Source of the DNA: an uncultured Gammaproteobacteria bacterium | GTDB taxonomy: Bacteria; Patescibacteriota; Microgenomatia; UBA12405 | Assembly (NCBI GenBank): GCA_964448705.1 | Contig: CAYUZS010000001.1 | Coordinates: forward strand, 114,687 to 178,686 | DNA length: 64,000 nucleotides | Reading direction: 5' to 3' | Part shown: positions 38,161 to 47,389 of the stretch, in pieces | How positions within the stretch are numbered: the first letter of the stretch is position 1 | How the letters are laid out: every line of letters begins with the position of its first letter | Notes under the pieces: generated by a model | Database searches by the model: none | What the model saw: the letters and a program-made list of their open reading frames with translations, nothing else | What the model was told of the DNA's origin: nothing | Program-made: the position numbers and the translations under genes

Positions 38161-39477
38161 ATGTACAACAACAAGAGAAATGCGGGTGGATTTCGAAACA
38201 AAAATACCCAAAAACATTCCTATGGCCACTTTAGCGGATTTGGTCATGAAAACAGTTCAAATTCGAGTTCCGGAAATGAACAAAGAAAAAGTTATGGAAA
38301 AAGATTCGGATACGGAAAAGCGAATCAAGGCCGTTTTAACGGACCAAGCAGAACAAAAAGACCGCGATTTGTCGGCGAAAATATAGACACTTCACTGTTT
38401 ATTAAAAAAGCTGAAGATTTTGTAAAAATAGAAGAAACCGAAACAGTTAATACTTTTGAAGATTTCAAATTAAACGAAAATCTTCTTAAAAACATTAAAG
38501 ACAAAGGGTTTGTTAAACCGACACCAATTCAGGACGAAGCGATTCCGCATGTATTGAAAGGTAAAGATGTATTGGGAATTGCCAACACCGGAACAGGAAA
38601 AACAGCCGTTTTTGCAATTCCACTGGTTAACAGAGTGCTGGAGAATCCGAAGGAAAGAATTCTGATTATGGCACCAACCAGAGAATTGGCACAACAGATA
38701 AAGACAGACATCAGATCTTTTACTCCGGGATTACGGGTATATGTTACTTTGGCAATCGGCGGAGCTTATTTAAGAGAACAAATTCAGGAAATAAAAAGAG
38801 GACCGAACATTATTATCGGTACTCCCGGGAGAATTAAAGACTTAGGTGAAAGAAAGGTGATTAATTTTAAAGAAATTAATACTTTGGTTTTGGACGAAGT
38901 CGACAGAATGTTGGATATGGGATTTATTGATGATATCCGTTCAATTGTGAATCAAATTCCGGAAACCCGACAAACATTGTTTTTTTCGGCAACAGTTAAC
39001 AAAAAAATTGAAGTTTTAATTCAAACATTTTTGCATGAGCCGGTTAAAGTATCAGTGAAAACCAGAGACAGTTCCTCTCATGTTGAGCAAAACATTGTTA
39101 AGGTTTCACGAAACATGAAAGAAGAAAAACTAGCCGAACTGTTATCGAATAAAGAATTTAAAAAAGTGTTAGTATTCGGAGCGACACATATGATTGTTGA
39201 TAAGTTATCAACTATGTTAATCAATAAAGGATTTAAAGCTCAAGGACTTCACGGCGGAAAAACCCAATATTTAAGACAACGAATTGTAAGATCTTTCCGG
39301 GAAGACCAGATTAATATTCTAGTAGCAACCGATGTGGCGGCCCGCGGTTTGGACATTGCGGACATTACCCACGTCATTAACTACGATAAACCGAATAATT
39401 ATGAAGAATATTGCCATAGAATAGGCAGAACCGGTAGAGGTAATGCTAAAGGATTTGCCCTGACTTTTGTGGAATAA
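38161..39477 (+). CDS. DEAD-box RNA helicase
   Basis: PTPIQ, GTGKT, PTRELA, TPGR, DEVD, SAT, ARGLD, HRIGRTGR; RGG-like N-terminal tail. Confidence 0.96.
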   Translation: MYNNKRNAGGFRNKNTQKHSYGHFSGFGHENSSNSSSGNEQRKSYGKRFGYGKANQGRFNGPSRTKRPRFVGENIDTSLFIKKAEDFVKIEETETVNTFEDFKLNENLLKNIKDKGFVKPTPIQDEAIPHVLKGKDVLGIANTGTGKTAVFAIPLVNRVLENPKERILIMAPTRELAQQIKTDIRSFTPGLRVYVTLAIGGAYLREQIQEIKRGPNIIIGTPGRIKDLGERKVINFKEINTLVLDEVDRMLDMGFIDDIRSIVNQIPETRQTLFFSATVNKKIEVLIQTFLHEPVKVSVKTRDSSSHVEQNIVKVSRNMKEEKLAELLSNKEFKKVLVFGATHMIVDKLSTMLINKGFKAQGLHGGKTQYLRQRIVRSFREDQINILVATDVAARGLDIADITHVINYDKPNNYEEYCHRIGRTGRGNAKGFALTFVE

Positions 39478-39513
39478 TCCCTGCCTCCCCTGCTCTGATA
39501 TAAAAAATTTGTT

Positions 39514-40236
39514 TTAGTTTTTACGTCCGGTTTCTAACTTTTTACGGGTTTCCCGGAGCGCGATTTTGGGAAGGGTTAAACCCTGAGCGTCGAGGTATTC
39601 ACCGACATCACGGGAGAAATTTTTGACCATCGAACGCAAAATCCAAGAGACGGCTTTGGTAATTAAGATATCGGTTTCTGTTTTTAATTTTTCTACCAGC
39701 TCAAGAGATAATTTTGATAAACGGGGATCAGTTGATTGACGAAGCGGCAAACAAAGAAAAACTAAAGACGCCCGCCGTTGATTAATATTTTTAGAAACGG
39801 ATAATTTTTTCAGTAATTTTGACCAGGCGGGAATGTCGGCGGTCATAATTTCTCCGGTAATTGGAGAACTGCAGAGAGTGTCCACTTCCACCCAACCATG
39901 GCAAAAAGTTAACCAGGATTCAAATTTTTCCAGAGGTATTTGGGATATTAGTTTAGGATAATAACCAATAATACCGGCGGCAAACATTATTTCTTCGACA
40001 GTAACGGCTTGGGAATAGAGTAAGTCCAAGAGTTGAACCAGTTCATCAATCGTTAAAGGATTATTTTTAACTGTCAATTTTAGGCATTGACGAAGATCAG
40101 CAGTTTTTACCCCGCGGGCTGTACGCTGAGTGCCTAAATAACGCTGCAACCATTGGCATTTTTTTGGGTCTGAAACTTCGGGAAGCTGGTTGAGGTCGGT
40201 AATAATTTGGTGATGGAGTTTTTTGATGTCAGCCAT
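39514..40236 (-). CDS. DNA alkylation repair protein (AlkD-like HEAT-repeat)
   Basis: GVKTADLR, W..VDTLC, RRASLV, I.KAVSWILR. Confidence 0.85.
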   Translation of the reverse strand: MADIKKLHHQIITDLNQLPEVSDPKKCQWLQRYLGTQRTARGVKTADLRQCLKLTVKNNPLTIDELVQLLDLLYSQAVTVEEIMFAAGIIGYYPKLISQIPLEKFESWLTFCHGWVEVDTLCSSPITGEIMTADIPAWSKLLKKLSVSKNINQRRASLVFLCLPLRQSTDPRLSKLSLELVEKLKTETDILITKAVSWILRSMVKNFSRDVGEYLDAQGLTLPKIALRETRKKLETGRKN

Positions 40237-40474
40237 GGTTGATTATCTCCAATTTTTGGAGACGGGACAACTTTTTAATCCGGGCTTCTTCGATTAGAGC
40301 TTCAGAACGGGTGGTAAATTCCTGCTGATAGACGAGTTTTACCGGCCGACGAACACGAGTATATTTTGCCCCAAGACGGGATGAATTATGTTCCTTCACC
40401 CGGCGGGCAAGATCGGTGGTAATACCGGTATACAAGGTTCCATCCACACATTGAAGAAGATAGAGAAAATACAT
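40229..40474 (-). CDS. GIY-YIG nuclease (YhbQ-like)
   Basis: YLLQC.DGTLYTGITTDL.RR..EHN...GAKYTR.RRPV. Confidence 0.92.
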   Translation of the reverse strand: MYFLYLLQCVDGTLYTGITTDLARRVKEHNSSRLGAKYTRVRRPVKLVYQQEFTTRSEALIEEARIKKLSRLQKLEIINHG

Positions 40475-40516
40475 TGTTTAAGTTTACTATTGTCGGCCCG
40501 ATTTATTAAAAATGTT

Positions 40517-41758
40517 TCAGGATTTTATTTTTTTATAAATCCAAAAAGGAATCAAAAAGGAAACGAGATCACCAATAAAGTAATAGTTACACAACCATTT
40601 TTGTCCAAAACAACAACTGTTTTTGTTGATGAAAAAATCAATGGCAAAAGCGATGGCGGAAATTATAAAAACAAATAACCAATGTCCGGACAAATTTACC
40701 AGAATCAAATTAATAATTAAGGCGATAAGAAATATCAGCGGTAAAAATTTGACGGTGCAGGAGATGTCCGTTTCACCTAAAACTTGTCCCTCTGAGGACA
40801 AACTGGAAACGGAGGCGGACGATGGGTTTTGGTCGGAAGTGTTGGTACCCAACACCTGAGTCTCCAGACCGGTAGGAACGGTGGCAGCAGCAACGATGTT
40901 TGATCCAGGGTTAAGACAATATTCCGGAGTTCTTTCTCCCGGCATACAACCGTTTAAACTACGGACATAAAAACAATATTGGGCGCCGGGGGTTAATCCA
41001 CGGACAGTGTAATGGTCATCTTTTCCGATATCAGGAGAACCATATTGATAGACTCCCGGCGAGGTACCAAAAGCAATTAAATATCCGGTATATGATGGTG
41101 ATGTGGTGTTATTCCAATGAAGAGTAACAGTGCCGCCATCATATTCGGTGGCATATAATCCGGTGGGAGCCAAAGGAGCAGGGTTGGTGCATTGAGAAGG
41201 TCCTGGACCGGAAGTACCGCCGTCGGATGTCCCTAATACATTACCCGAAACATCGGTACTATTTTCATCGCATTCAAATTGATACTTGATATCAAAACGA
41301 GAACTGAGATTTTGATAATTATTATCAGCGGATTGATCCAATAATATTGTCCAAAGATAACTATTTTTTTTGTTTTTATTAACGTGTCCGAGAGATAAAC
41401 TAGGCTGGGCGGAATTGAGCAGATCACTTAAACGATAATGAGAAATATTAAGATCGTTTTCATTATTGGTACCGGTGATATCTAAAAATATTTTTTGGGA
41501 AAGAAGATCTAAATTTGAATCAGCAGAGACAGCTTTTAAAGTTAAGTTACAGGCACCTGTGCGATTATTATCAACAAAAAATTTTTGAGAAGTAGTGTAT
41601 CCGGGGTAAATATTGGCTTCATTAAATATGGGAAGGTTAGGAGAAACAGTACATTCAGAATCCCCGCTGTTACAGGTAATCGTAATATCATTGCCGGCAA
41701 AAACAAGTGAAGGAAAAAAGCCGAATGAAATTATGAGGAGAAAGAGAATTTTTTTCAT
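40517..41758 (-). CDS. Secreted, membrane-anchored protein with TasA-like N-domain and Fn3
   Basis: 'PIFNEANIYPGYT....F.V.N' pilin-like segment, Cys-bracketed Fn3, C-terminal TMs. Confidence 0.65.
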   Translation of the reverse strand: MKKILFLLIISFGFFPSLVFAGNDITITCNSGDSECTVSPNLPIFNEANIYPGYTTSQKFFVDNNRTGACNLTLKAVSADSNLDLLSQKIFLDITGTNNENDLNISHYRLSDLLNSAQPSLSLGHVNKNKKNSYLWTILLDQSADNNYQNLSSRFDIKYQFECDENSTDVSGNVLGTSDGGTSGPGPSQCTNPAPLAPTGLYATEYDGGTVTLHWNNTTSPSYTGYLIAFGTSPGVYQYGSPDIGKDDHYTVRGLTPGAQYCFYVRSLNGCMPGERTPEYCLNPGSNIVAAATVPTGLETQVLGTNTSDQNPSSASVSSLSSEGQVLGETDISCTVKFLPLIFLIALIINLILVNLSGHWLFVFIISAIAFAIDFFINKNSCCFGQKWLCNYYFIGDLVSFLIPFWIYKKIKS

Positions 41759-43470
41759 TAATAGACAAATGATTTCGTAACTTGGGTATCTCCACTAAGG
41801 TTAACGGTGATGGTGGAACCGGGAGCAAGATCGTCTTGGACACAAACCCCACCGGAGGAACAAGTGCCGAGATATAAAATCTGTGAAAATTCGGAATCAA
41901 CAATCTTGTCGGCGGTGATCTTGCCGAATAGACCTTTTTGAATTCCGTTGGTAAAATACAAAACTTCATAATCAGACGGTTTCGAAAGGTTGTCTATTTT
42001 TAAAGTTATTTCATTTTTAGAATGATTGCTGGTGAGACTTATTAAAGGATCGTTACCTGCCTCAGTTATCAATTCCGGAACATCAGTATTTTCAAATTCT
42101 ATAATGGCCGAATTTTCGATATTACCAGCCTTGTCGACAGCATGGGCGATGATTTTAAATTTGCCTAAAGGAATGGTCATTGGTTTTATCTCATAAGACC
42201 AATTGGAGGTGCCATCGGCCAGGACACGGGTAACAGACTCGCTGCCGTGAACCCAAGAACTGCCATTCCAAAAAAGATTCACATTTTGCCGGTAAATAGA
42301 AAGTTCGATATGATCCAACTGAGAGTTGTCCGAAGCGGTACCTTCAACTTTGCCATTCCATAACCAAACGATGGGAAAGTTAACATCGTTGTCGTGGTCG
42401 GAATTCCAGGGTTTAGTGATGGTGCTGACCGGTAATGTTTTATCGTAAGTAATGGAACACTCATGAGACCAGGCGGAAACATTTCCGGTGGTGTCGTATG
42501 CCCTAACTTTAAAAGTATGAAGACCTTCACCCTGATTAAAAACACCGGTATATTGTGAACGGGTGACAAAAGTAGACCAGGTGCCAGTACCGCCGCCGGC
42601 TTTAGGATATTCCAGATAATATTCATATTTCAAAATCCCCTGACTACTGGCAGAATCGTCCCAATCGGGAGTAATGGTGTAACTGTTGGTGTAGCCATTA
42701 CAGGCAATGTTGGGGTTTGACCAATGAAGATTGGAGGGAGTGGAAGGTTTAGCAAAATCGGCAGTAGAAATAGTGATACCACTGACGACAACAGTATCGG
42801 AAAATAGTGCTTTGGCTTGGGTAATGTGATTAACACCTAAAATGGCGGCAGTAAATAAAAAGAAGAAGATTAAAGATTTTAAATTGGTTTTAGATTTTGG
42901 TTTAATTTTAATTTTAGTGCCAGCGGTTTCGAGTTTTTGAGCGACTTTGCGATTGACTTCGTCATCAATAGCTTTTTTGATATTAAAAATTTGACTGATA
43001 ATAAAAATTAAAGCAGGAATACCAATAATTACAGCAAAACCTACAGGTTGACGGAGAAGAGCGGCTAAAGAACCAAGATAAGGGATGGCAAAAAAGTAGA
43101 CACCTTTGACACCAACATCCTGAACATCCCAAGCGTCAATATCCTTATTGTTGTCCCCTTTTGTCTTGAATAAAAGCGGATCGGTAGACGAAATAGAATT
43201 GACGCGATGAAGAATAGTGTCTTGGGAATTGCTGGGAGAAGTGAAGGCAATAATATCACCGGTTTTAATATTTTTAGGATCAACTGTTTTAATAAAAGCA
43301 ACAGAGCCAGTTTTAATAGTTGGTTCCATAGAACCACTGACAACGACAAAAGATTTGGGAATATTTTTAAACGGTAGCTTAGGGGAAATAACTACGAAAA
43401 GCAGGCACAACAAAACTATGAATGCGACCCATTCGATTGCTTTTAAAATTGTTTCAGACTTTTTGAGCAT
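41758..43470 (-). CDS. sipW: Signal peptidase I (SipW type) fused to a SipW-cognate substrate with Ig/Fn3 domains
   Basis: VVSGSMEPTI, GDIIAF, ILHRV, TKGDNN, IPYLG; internal 'TQAKALFSDT...I.I.TA.F'. Confidence 0.8.
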   Translation of the reverse strand: MLKKSETILKAIEWVAFIVLLCLLFVVISPKLPFKNIPKSFVVVSGSMEPTIKTGSVAFIKTVDPKNIKTGDIIAFTSPSNSQDTILHRVNSISSTDPLLFKTKGDNNKDIDAWDVQDVGVKGVYFFAIPYLGSLAALLRQPVGFAVIIGIPALIFIISQIFNIKKAIDDEVNRKVAQKLETAGTKIKIKPKSKTNLKSLIFFFLFTAAILGVNHITQAKALFSDTVVVSGITISTADFAKPSTPSNLHWSNPNIACNGYTNSYTITPDWDDSASSQGILKYEYYLEYPKAGGGTGTWSTFVTRSQYTGVFNQGEGLHTFKVRAYDTTGNVSAWSHECSITYDKTLPVSTITKPWNSDHDNDVNFPIVWLWNGKVEGTASDNSQLDHIELSIYRQNVNLFWNGSSWVHGSESVTRVLADGTSNWSYEIKPMTIPLGKFKIIAHAVDKAGNIENSAIIEFENTDVPELITEAGNDPLISLTSNHSKNEITLKIDNLSKPSDYEVLYFTNGIQKGLFGKITADKIVDSEFSQILYLGTCSSGGVCVQDDLAPGSTITVNLSGDTQVTKSFVY

Positions 43471-43476
43471 CTAAGA

Positions 43477-43502
43477 GATTGCAGAAGTTGCCTTCTGCAA
43501 TC
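43477..43502 (-). promoter_or_regulatory. 11-bp intercistronic hairpin with GCAA tetraloop
   Basis: GATTGCAGAAG-GCAA-CTTCTGCAATC between the tasA-like gene and sipW. Confidence 0.7.
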
Positions 43503-43517
43503 AATAGAGACTCAAAA

Positions 43518-44090
43518 CTATTGGTGTTGAGTACCAGTAAAGACAATGTTTCCATATAAACCCATATTGGCTTTAGTATTACCAATATTATTTAGTTTTA
43601 CATGTAAATCATATCTTACATAATCATCAGTCTTTTTTAATGGTGTTCCAAATGTAACAAAACCATTTTTCAAATCATCTAATGTATACCAGGTTGTTGG
43701 TGTACCACCAGCTTCACTGATACCGACTAAGACTTCATTACTTAACTCTGTCCAGTTACCTGCTGGATTGATTAAATTCATTTTCAGGTCTAAATCGATA
43801 GCTGAACTGCTTTCGTTTCTAAACCATAATTGAGTTACATCATCAAAACCAGGATAGATGGCTGCGAGTTTTTGTGAAAAAAAGGCACCTATTGCCGGAT
43901 CAGAAACAGAAATATATTTTGATCCTTCTGTTCTGGCGTTGTCATGGTCATAAACACCAAGATTAGCATTACCGGTAGTCATGGTAATACCAGAAACATT
44001 GACCGTGTCACTGAATAATGCGTAAGCACTAGCAGAGACAGTACCGACGGTCAAAGCGATTGCCAAAATACTTAAGAGAATCTTTTTCAT
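43518..44090 (-). CDS. TasA/CalY-like fibre subunit with SipW-cognate signal peptide
   Basis: MKKILLS...AYALFSDTVNVSGITMTTGNANL; 'IYPG.......RN'; AGGAGG SD before ATG 44090. Confidence 0.8.
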   Translation of the reverse strand: MKKILLSILAIALTVGTVSASAYALFSDTVNVSGITMTTGNANLGVYDHDNARTEGSKYISVSDPAIGAFFSQKLAAIYPGFDDVTQLWFRNESSSAIDLDLKMNLINPAGNWTELSNEVLVGISEAGGTPTTWYTLDDLKNGFVTFGTPLKKTDDYVRYDLHVKLNNIGNTKANMGLYGNIVFTGTQHQ

Positions 44091-44309
44091 AAAATATTCA
44101 CCTCCTAACAAATACACGAAACAAATAATTGGGACCTAATCAGCATCGGACAGTTAACAATGATTAAAAGTCCTGAGTAATCATTACAATGTATTAGTAA
44201 TAAAGTCAACAAATTGAGAGTGTGTTTTTTCTCATTATTACCGTAGGGAATTTATTCCGCCAATTTTAAGGTAAAAAAGAAAAAGGTATATTCTGTTCGA
44301 GAAAATCGT

Positions 44310-44621
44310 TTAAAAAGTGAAGATTATTTTTTCAAAATCGATTATTTTATTATTCTTGTCGAGACGAATACCCTCCTCTAAATATAATTTTGCGCGAATC
44401 TTATCGTATTTAGGGTCGGTCCAGATTTTGCCGTTACTGTAGACAATTCGATGCCAGGGAATTTTGTCTGCTTGTGGAGATTTACCCAAAATATGGGTAA
44501 TCATCCGGGAAAGCATGGGGTGGCCGCCGGCGGCGACAGTCAAAAGACCATAGGTGGTAACCCGGCCGGGAGGGATGGAAAGAGCCAGGCGAATAACTTT
44601 TTGAGAAAAAGTTTCTGTCAT
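44310..44621 (-). CDS. Alkyltransferase-like protein (ATL, PWHR motif)
   Basis: IPPGRVTTYG; PWHRIV (Cys replaced by Trp). Confidence 0.87.
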   Translation of the reverse strand: MTETFSQKVIRLALSIPPGRVTTYGLLTVAAGGHPMLSRMITHILGKSPQADKIPWHRIVYSNGKIWTDPKYDKIRAKLYLEEGIRLDKNNKIIDFEKIIFTF

Positions 44622-44968
44622 TTATTGGAAAAAGAGAAAAAATATTTTTCCATATCAACCTTGCAGGGTTGGGAAAATATCAGACCGTCATTTTCCAAAC
44701 GTCGCTGCTGTTCGGCGGAGCCACCGAGAGAAAATTGAGGTGCTAAAGTACCATCACCACGAACAACCCGATGGCAGGCAAGAGTTTTGTCCTGATTTCC
44801 CCGTAAAGCCCAGCCGATAATCCGGGGTGATTTTAAATTAAGATATTGAGCAATGTGGCCATAGGTACTAACTTTTCCCTGAGGAATTTGACGAACGGTT
44901 TGACGAACAAGGTCGAAAATTGGCTGAGCAGAAATCTTTGAAGACTTAATAGATGTTTCAGCGGTCAT
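44618..44968 (-). CDS. O6-methylguanine-DNA methyltransferase family protein (Cys retained)
   Basis: IPQGKVSTYG, PR.IG.AL, ACHRVV. Confidence 0.87.
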   Translation of the reverse strand: MTAETSIKSSKISAQPIFDLVRQTVRQIPQGKVSTYGHIAQYLNLKSPRIIGWALRGNQDKTLACHRVVRGDGTLAPQFSLGGSAEQQRRLENDGLIFSQPCKVDMEKYFFSFSNK

Positions 44969-45813
44969 TTTTTCTGTGGTAAATCGTGATGATATATTAT
45001 TTTACCTAAACCAAGCTGCAGATGACGACCTTTAAGACAATCGTAAATCATGGATTCTAATTCTGCCCGATATTGGGGACTATCTGCACGTTCAAATTCG
45101 GGAATTAAATCCGGCGATTCATTTTTTAGATATTCAAAAAGCCGGGATTTTATTTTGGAACTTAAATTTATATGTTCGAACCAAACTTTTTTTACACCAG
45201 AATTTTGTAGTTCATCAAGTAAGTTATTAATATCGTCTTTATTTTTAGTAAAGTGGGGAAGAAGCGGACCAATGAAGGCATAGGTGGAGATACCACTATC
45301 CGTTAAAGTTTTAATAGCTTTTAATCTGGCGGACACCGGAGGGGCCATAACTTCCAAGAAACGGGAGACTTTGTCATCTAAAGTGGTAACCGTGAAACCA
45401 ACACTAAGATTTTTTATTTTCTTTAAAATATCAATGTCTCTGACGACCAGCGGTGATTTGGTTTGGAGAGAAACAAGGTCGGGATAATTAACATCGACTA
45501 AAACCTGTAAACATCGTCGGGTTAAATTATATTTGGCTTCGAGGCCAGTATACGGATCGGTGACAGAACTAAAAAATATCGATCCGGAAATTTTTTTAAT
45601 TTCTTTTTTTAATAATTCCGGGGCGTTAATTTTGACATCCAAAAAACTGCCCCATTTTTCGTTTGGATGCTGCCAACGGGCAATTTGAGCAGCATAGCAA
45701 TACATACAAGCAAATTGACAACCGTTGTAAGGATTAACTACATAATCACAGCCAGGTAAGTTAGTTTTTGTGAGAATTGTTTTTGCCTGAATTTCCTTAA
45801 TTTTGGTGAGCAT
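44965..45813 (-). CDS. Radical SAM protein, spore-photoproduct-lyase-like family
   Basis: NPYNGCQFACMYCYA, SSVTDPY, QTKS. Confidence 0.88.
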   Translation of the reverse strand: MLTKIKEIQAKTILTKTNLPGCDYVVNPYNGCQFACMYCYAAQIARWQHPNEKWGSFLDVKINAPELLKKEIKKISGSIFFSSVTDPYTGLEAKYNLTRRCLQVLVDVNYPDLVSLQTKSPLVVRDIDILKKIKNLSVGFTVTTLDDKVSRFLEVMAPPVSARLKAIKTLTDSGISTYAFIGPLLPHFTKNKDDINNLLDELQNSGVKKVWFEHINLSSKIKSRLFEYLKNESPDLIPEFERADSPQYRAELESMIYDCLKGRHLQLGLGKIIYHHDLPQKK

Positions 45814-45815
45814 GC

Positions 45816-46157
45816 TTAGTTAAAGATTACTAAGTTTGGATCGAGAAATGAAACTGACAAGAAATAAATCACTAAATACAGAACAATACCAAGTAAAAAT
45901 TTAGTTAGTTTTCTATTTTGAAAATTATTTTTTAATATTATCGGTATAACAATTAAGATGGTTATTTCGACAAAAAATGATAAGTAACCCAAGAAAAGAA
46001 TTGTTTTAGTGATTATCGGATTTAAGCTGCTCAAGTTTTCGTTTATATTTCCTAAAAAATCAAAAATAGACGGAATGTGCAAAATATCCTGAGTTATATC
46101 TTTTATAAAATGGATCAGAACTACTATAAAGATAATTTTTATAGTTATCTTTCTCAT
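45816..46157 (-). CDS. Hypothetical membrane protein
   Basis: Three hydrophobic segments; coupled to the rarA stop. Confidence 0.6.
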   Translation of the reverse strand: MRKITIKIIFIVVLIHFIKDITQDILHIPSIFDFLGNINENLSSLNPIITKTILFLGYLSFFVEITILIVIPIILKNNFQNRKLTKFLLGIVLYLVIYFLSVSFLDPNLVIFN

Positions 46158-47317
46158 TTTTTCTTTTCTTTGAAATACTTCTTATTTTTAAGTTTGTCCG
46201 GAAGTAACGACTCATTGCTGTACATTTTGTAGTCTTTGCCATAGCCGATTTCTTTCATTAATTTAGTTTCAGGATTGCGGAGAGACATGGGAATAGGGAG
46301 ATTGCCATAAGTCTGGACATCTTTGAGGGCAGACATAAAAGCATCGTAGGCCGAGCGGTCTTTGGGACATTTGGCTAAATAAGCCACACCGTGGGCTAAA
46401 TTTTCCCGGCATTCCGGATATCCGATGGTTTCCACCGCCCGAAAAACAGCATTGGCAACCAACAGTGCGCTGGAACTGGCCAGACCAATATCTTCCGAGG
46501 CAAAAACAACCATCCGGCGGGCTATAAATTTAGGATCCTCGCCGGCATCGACCATCCGGGCCAGATAATAAAGAGCAGCATCAACATTGGAAGCACGCAT
46601 ACTTTTGATAAAAGCAGAGATGGTATTGAAATGTTCCTCGCCTTTTTTGTCGAAACGAAGATAAGAATTTTGAAGAGTATTTTTTAAATTCTCGATGGTC
46701 AGTTGATCATAAAGAGTGTGGGCATTGTCGATCATGGTGATAGCCTGACGGGCATCACCATTGGCCATTTGGATTAACCAATTTTTGGCCGCAGGAGTCA
46801 TTTTGGTTTTTAGAATCCGAAGACAGCGATTAATTATTTCTTTTATTTCTTCATCGGTCAATTCTTTGAGAACAAAAACGCGGCAGCGGGAAAGAAGTGG
46901 AGAAATAACCTCAAATGAGGGATTTTCGGTGGTGGCACCAATAAGGGTTAGCTGTCCGGACTCAACGTACGGTAACAAAAAATCCTGTTGGGCTTTGTTG
47001 AAACGATGGATTTCATCCAAAAAAAGGATTTTTTTATTTAATCCGGGCTGACCGGTGCCAAGAATTTTTTTAATGTCATCTTTGGAAGCAGAAACAGCGG
47101 AAAGTTCGTAAAGATCAGCCTGTGCTTCGTGAGCAATGATCTTGGCTAAAGTGGTTTTACCGACACCGGGAGGACCCCAAAAAATCATGGAAAAAACCTG
47201 ATGATTGGCAATAGCCAAACGAAGAGGTTTGTCCGGACCAACCAGATGACTTTGACCAACGAATTCTTTAAGAGTTTTGGGTCGGAGAATGGAAGCGAGT
47301 GGTTGAGAATTATTCAT
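46154..47317 (-). CDS. rarA: Replication-associated recombination protein A
   Basis: [51 protein letters not shown]; start ATG 47317. Confidence 0.96.
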   Translation of the reverse strand: MNNSQPLASILRPKTLKEFVGQSHLVGPDKPLRLAIANHQVFSMIFWGPPGVGKTTLAKIIAHEAQADLYELSAVSASKDDIKKILGTGQPGLNKKILFLDEIHRFNKAQQDFLLPYVESGQLTLIGATTENPSFEVISPLLSRCRVFVLKELTDEEIKEIINRCLRILKTKMTPAAKNWLIQMANGDARQAITMIDNAHTLYDQLTIENLKNTLQNSYLRFDKKGEEHFNTISAFIKSMRASNVDAALYYLARMVDAGEDPKFIARRMVVFASEDIGLASSSALLVANAVFRAVETIGYPECRENLAHGVAYLAKCPKDRSAYDAFMSALKDVQTYGNLPIPMSLRNPETKLMKEIGYGKDYKMYSNESLLPDKLKNKKYFKEKKK

Positions 47318-47318
47318 C

Positions 47319-47368
47319 TTCGGATTTTGTTCGGGTGGTTTAGGATATGATTTTTGTTTAACAATGTC
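47319..47368 (-). promoter_or_regulatory. rarA promoter with direct-repeat operator candidate
   Basis: TTGACA-17-TATCCT, then CCGAA-N6-CCGAA just before the ATG. Confidence 0.5.
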
Positions 47369-47389
47369 AAGATGGTTATAATGAGATAG

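Noticed and set aside
44159-44185. AATGATTA/TAATCATT inverted repeat upstream of the tasA-like gene
   Set aside because: Short and AT-rich; plausible by chance, with no supporting second copy.
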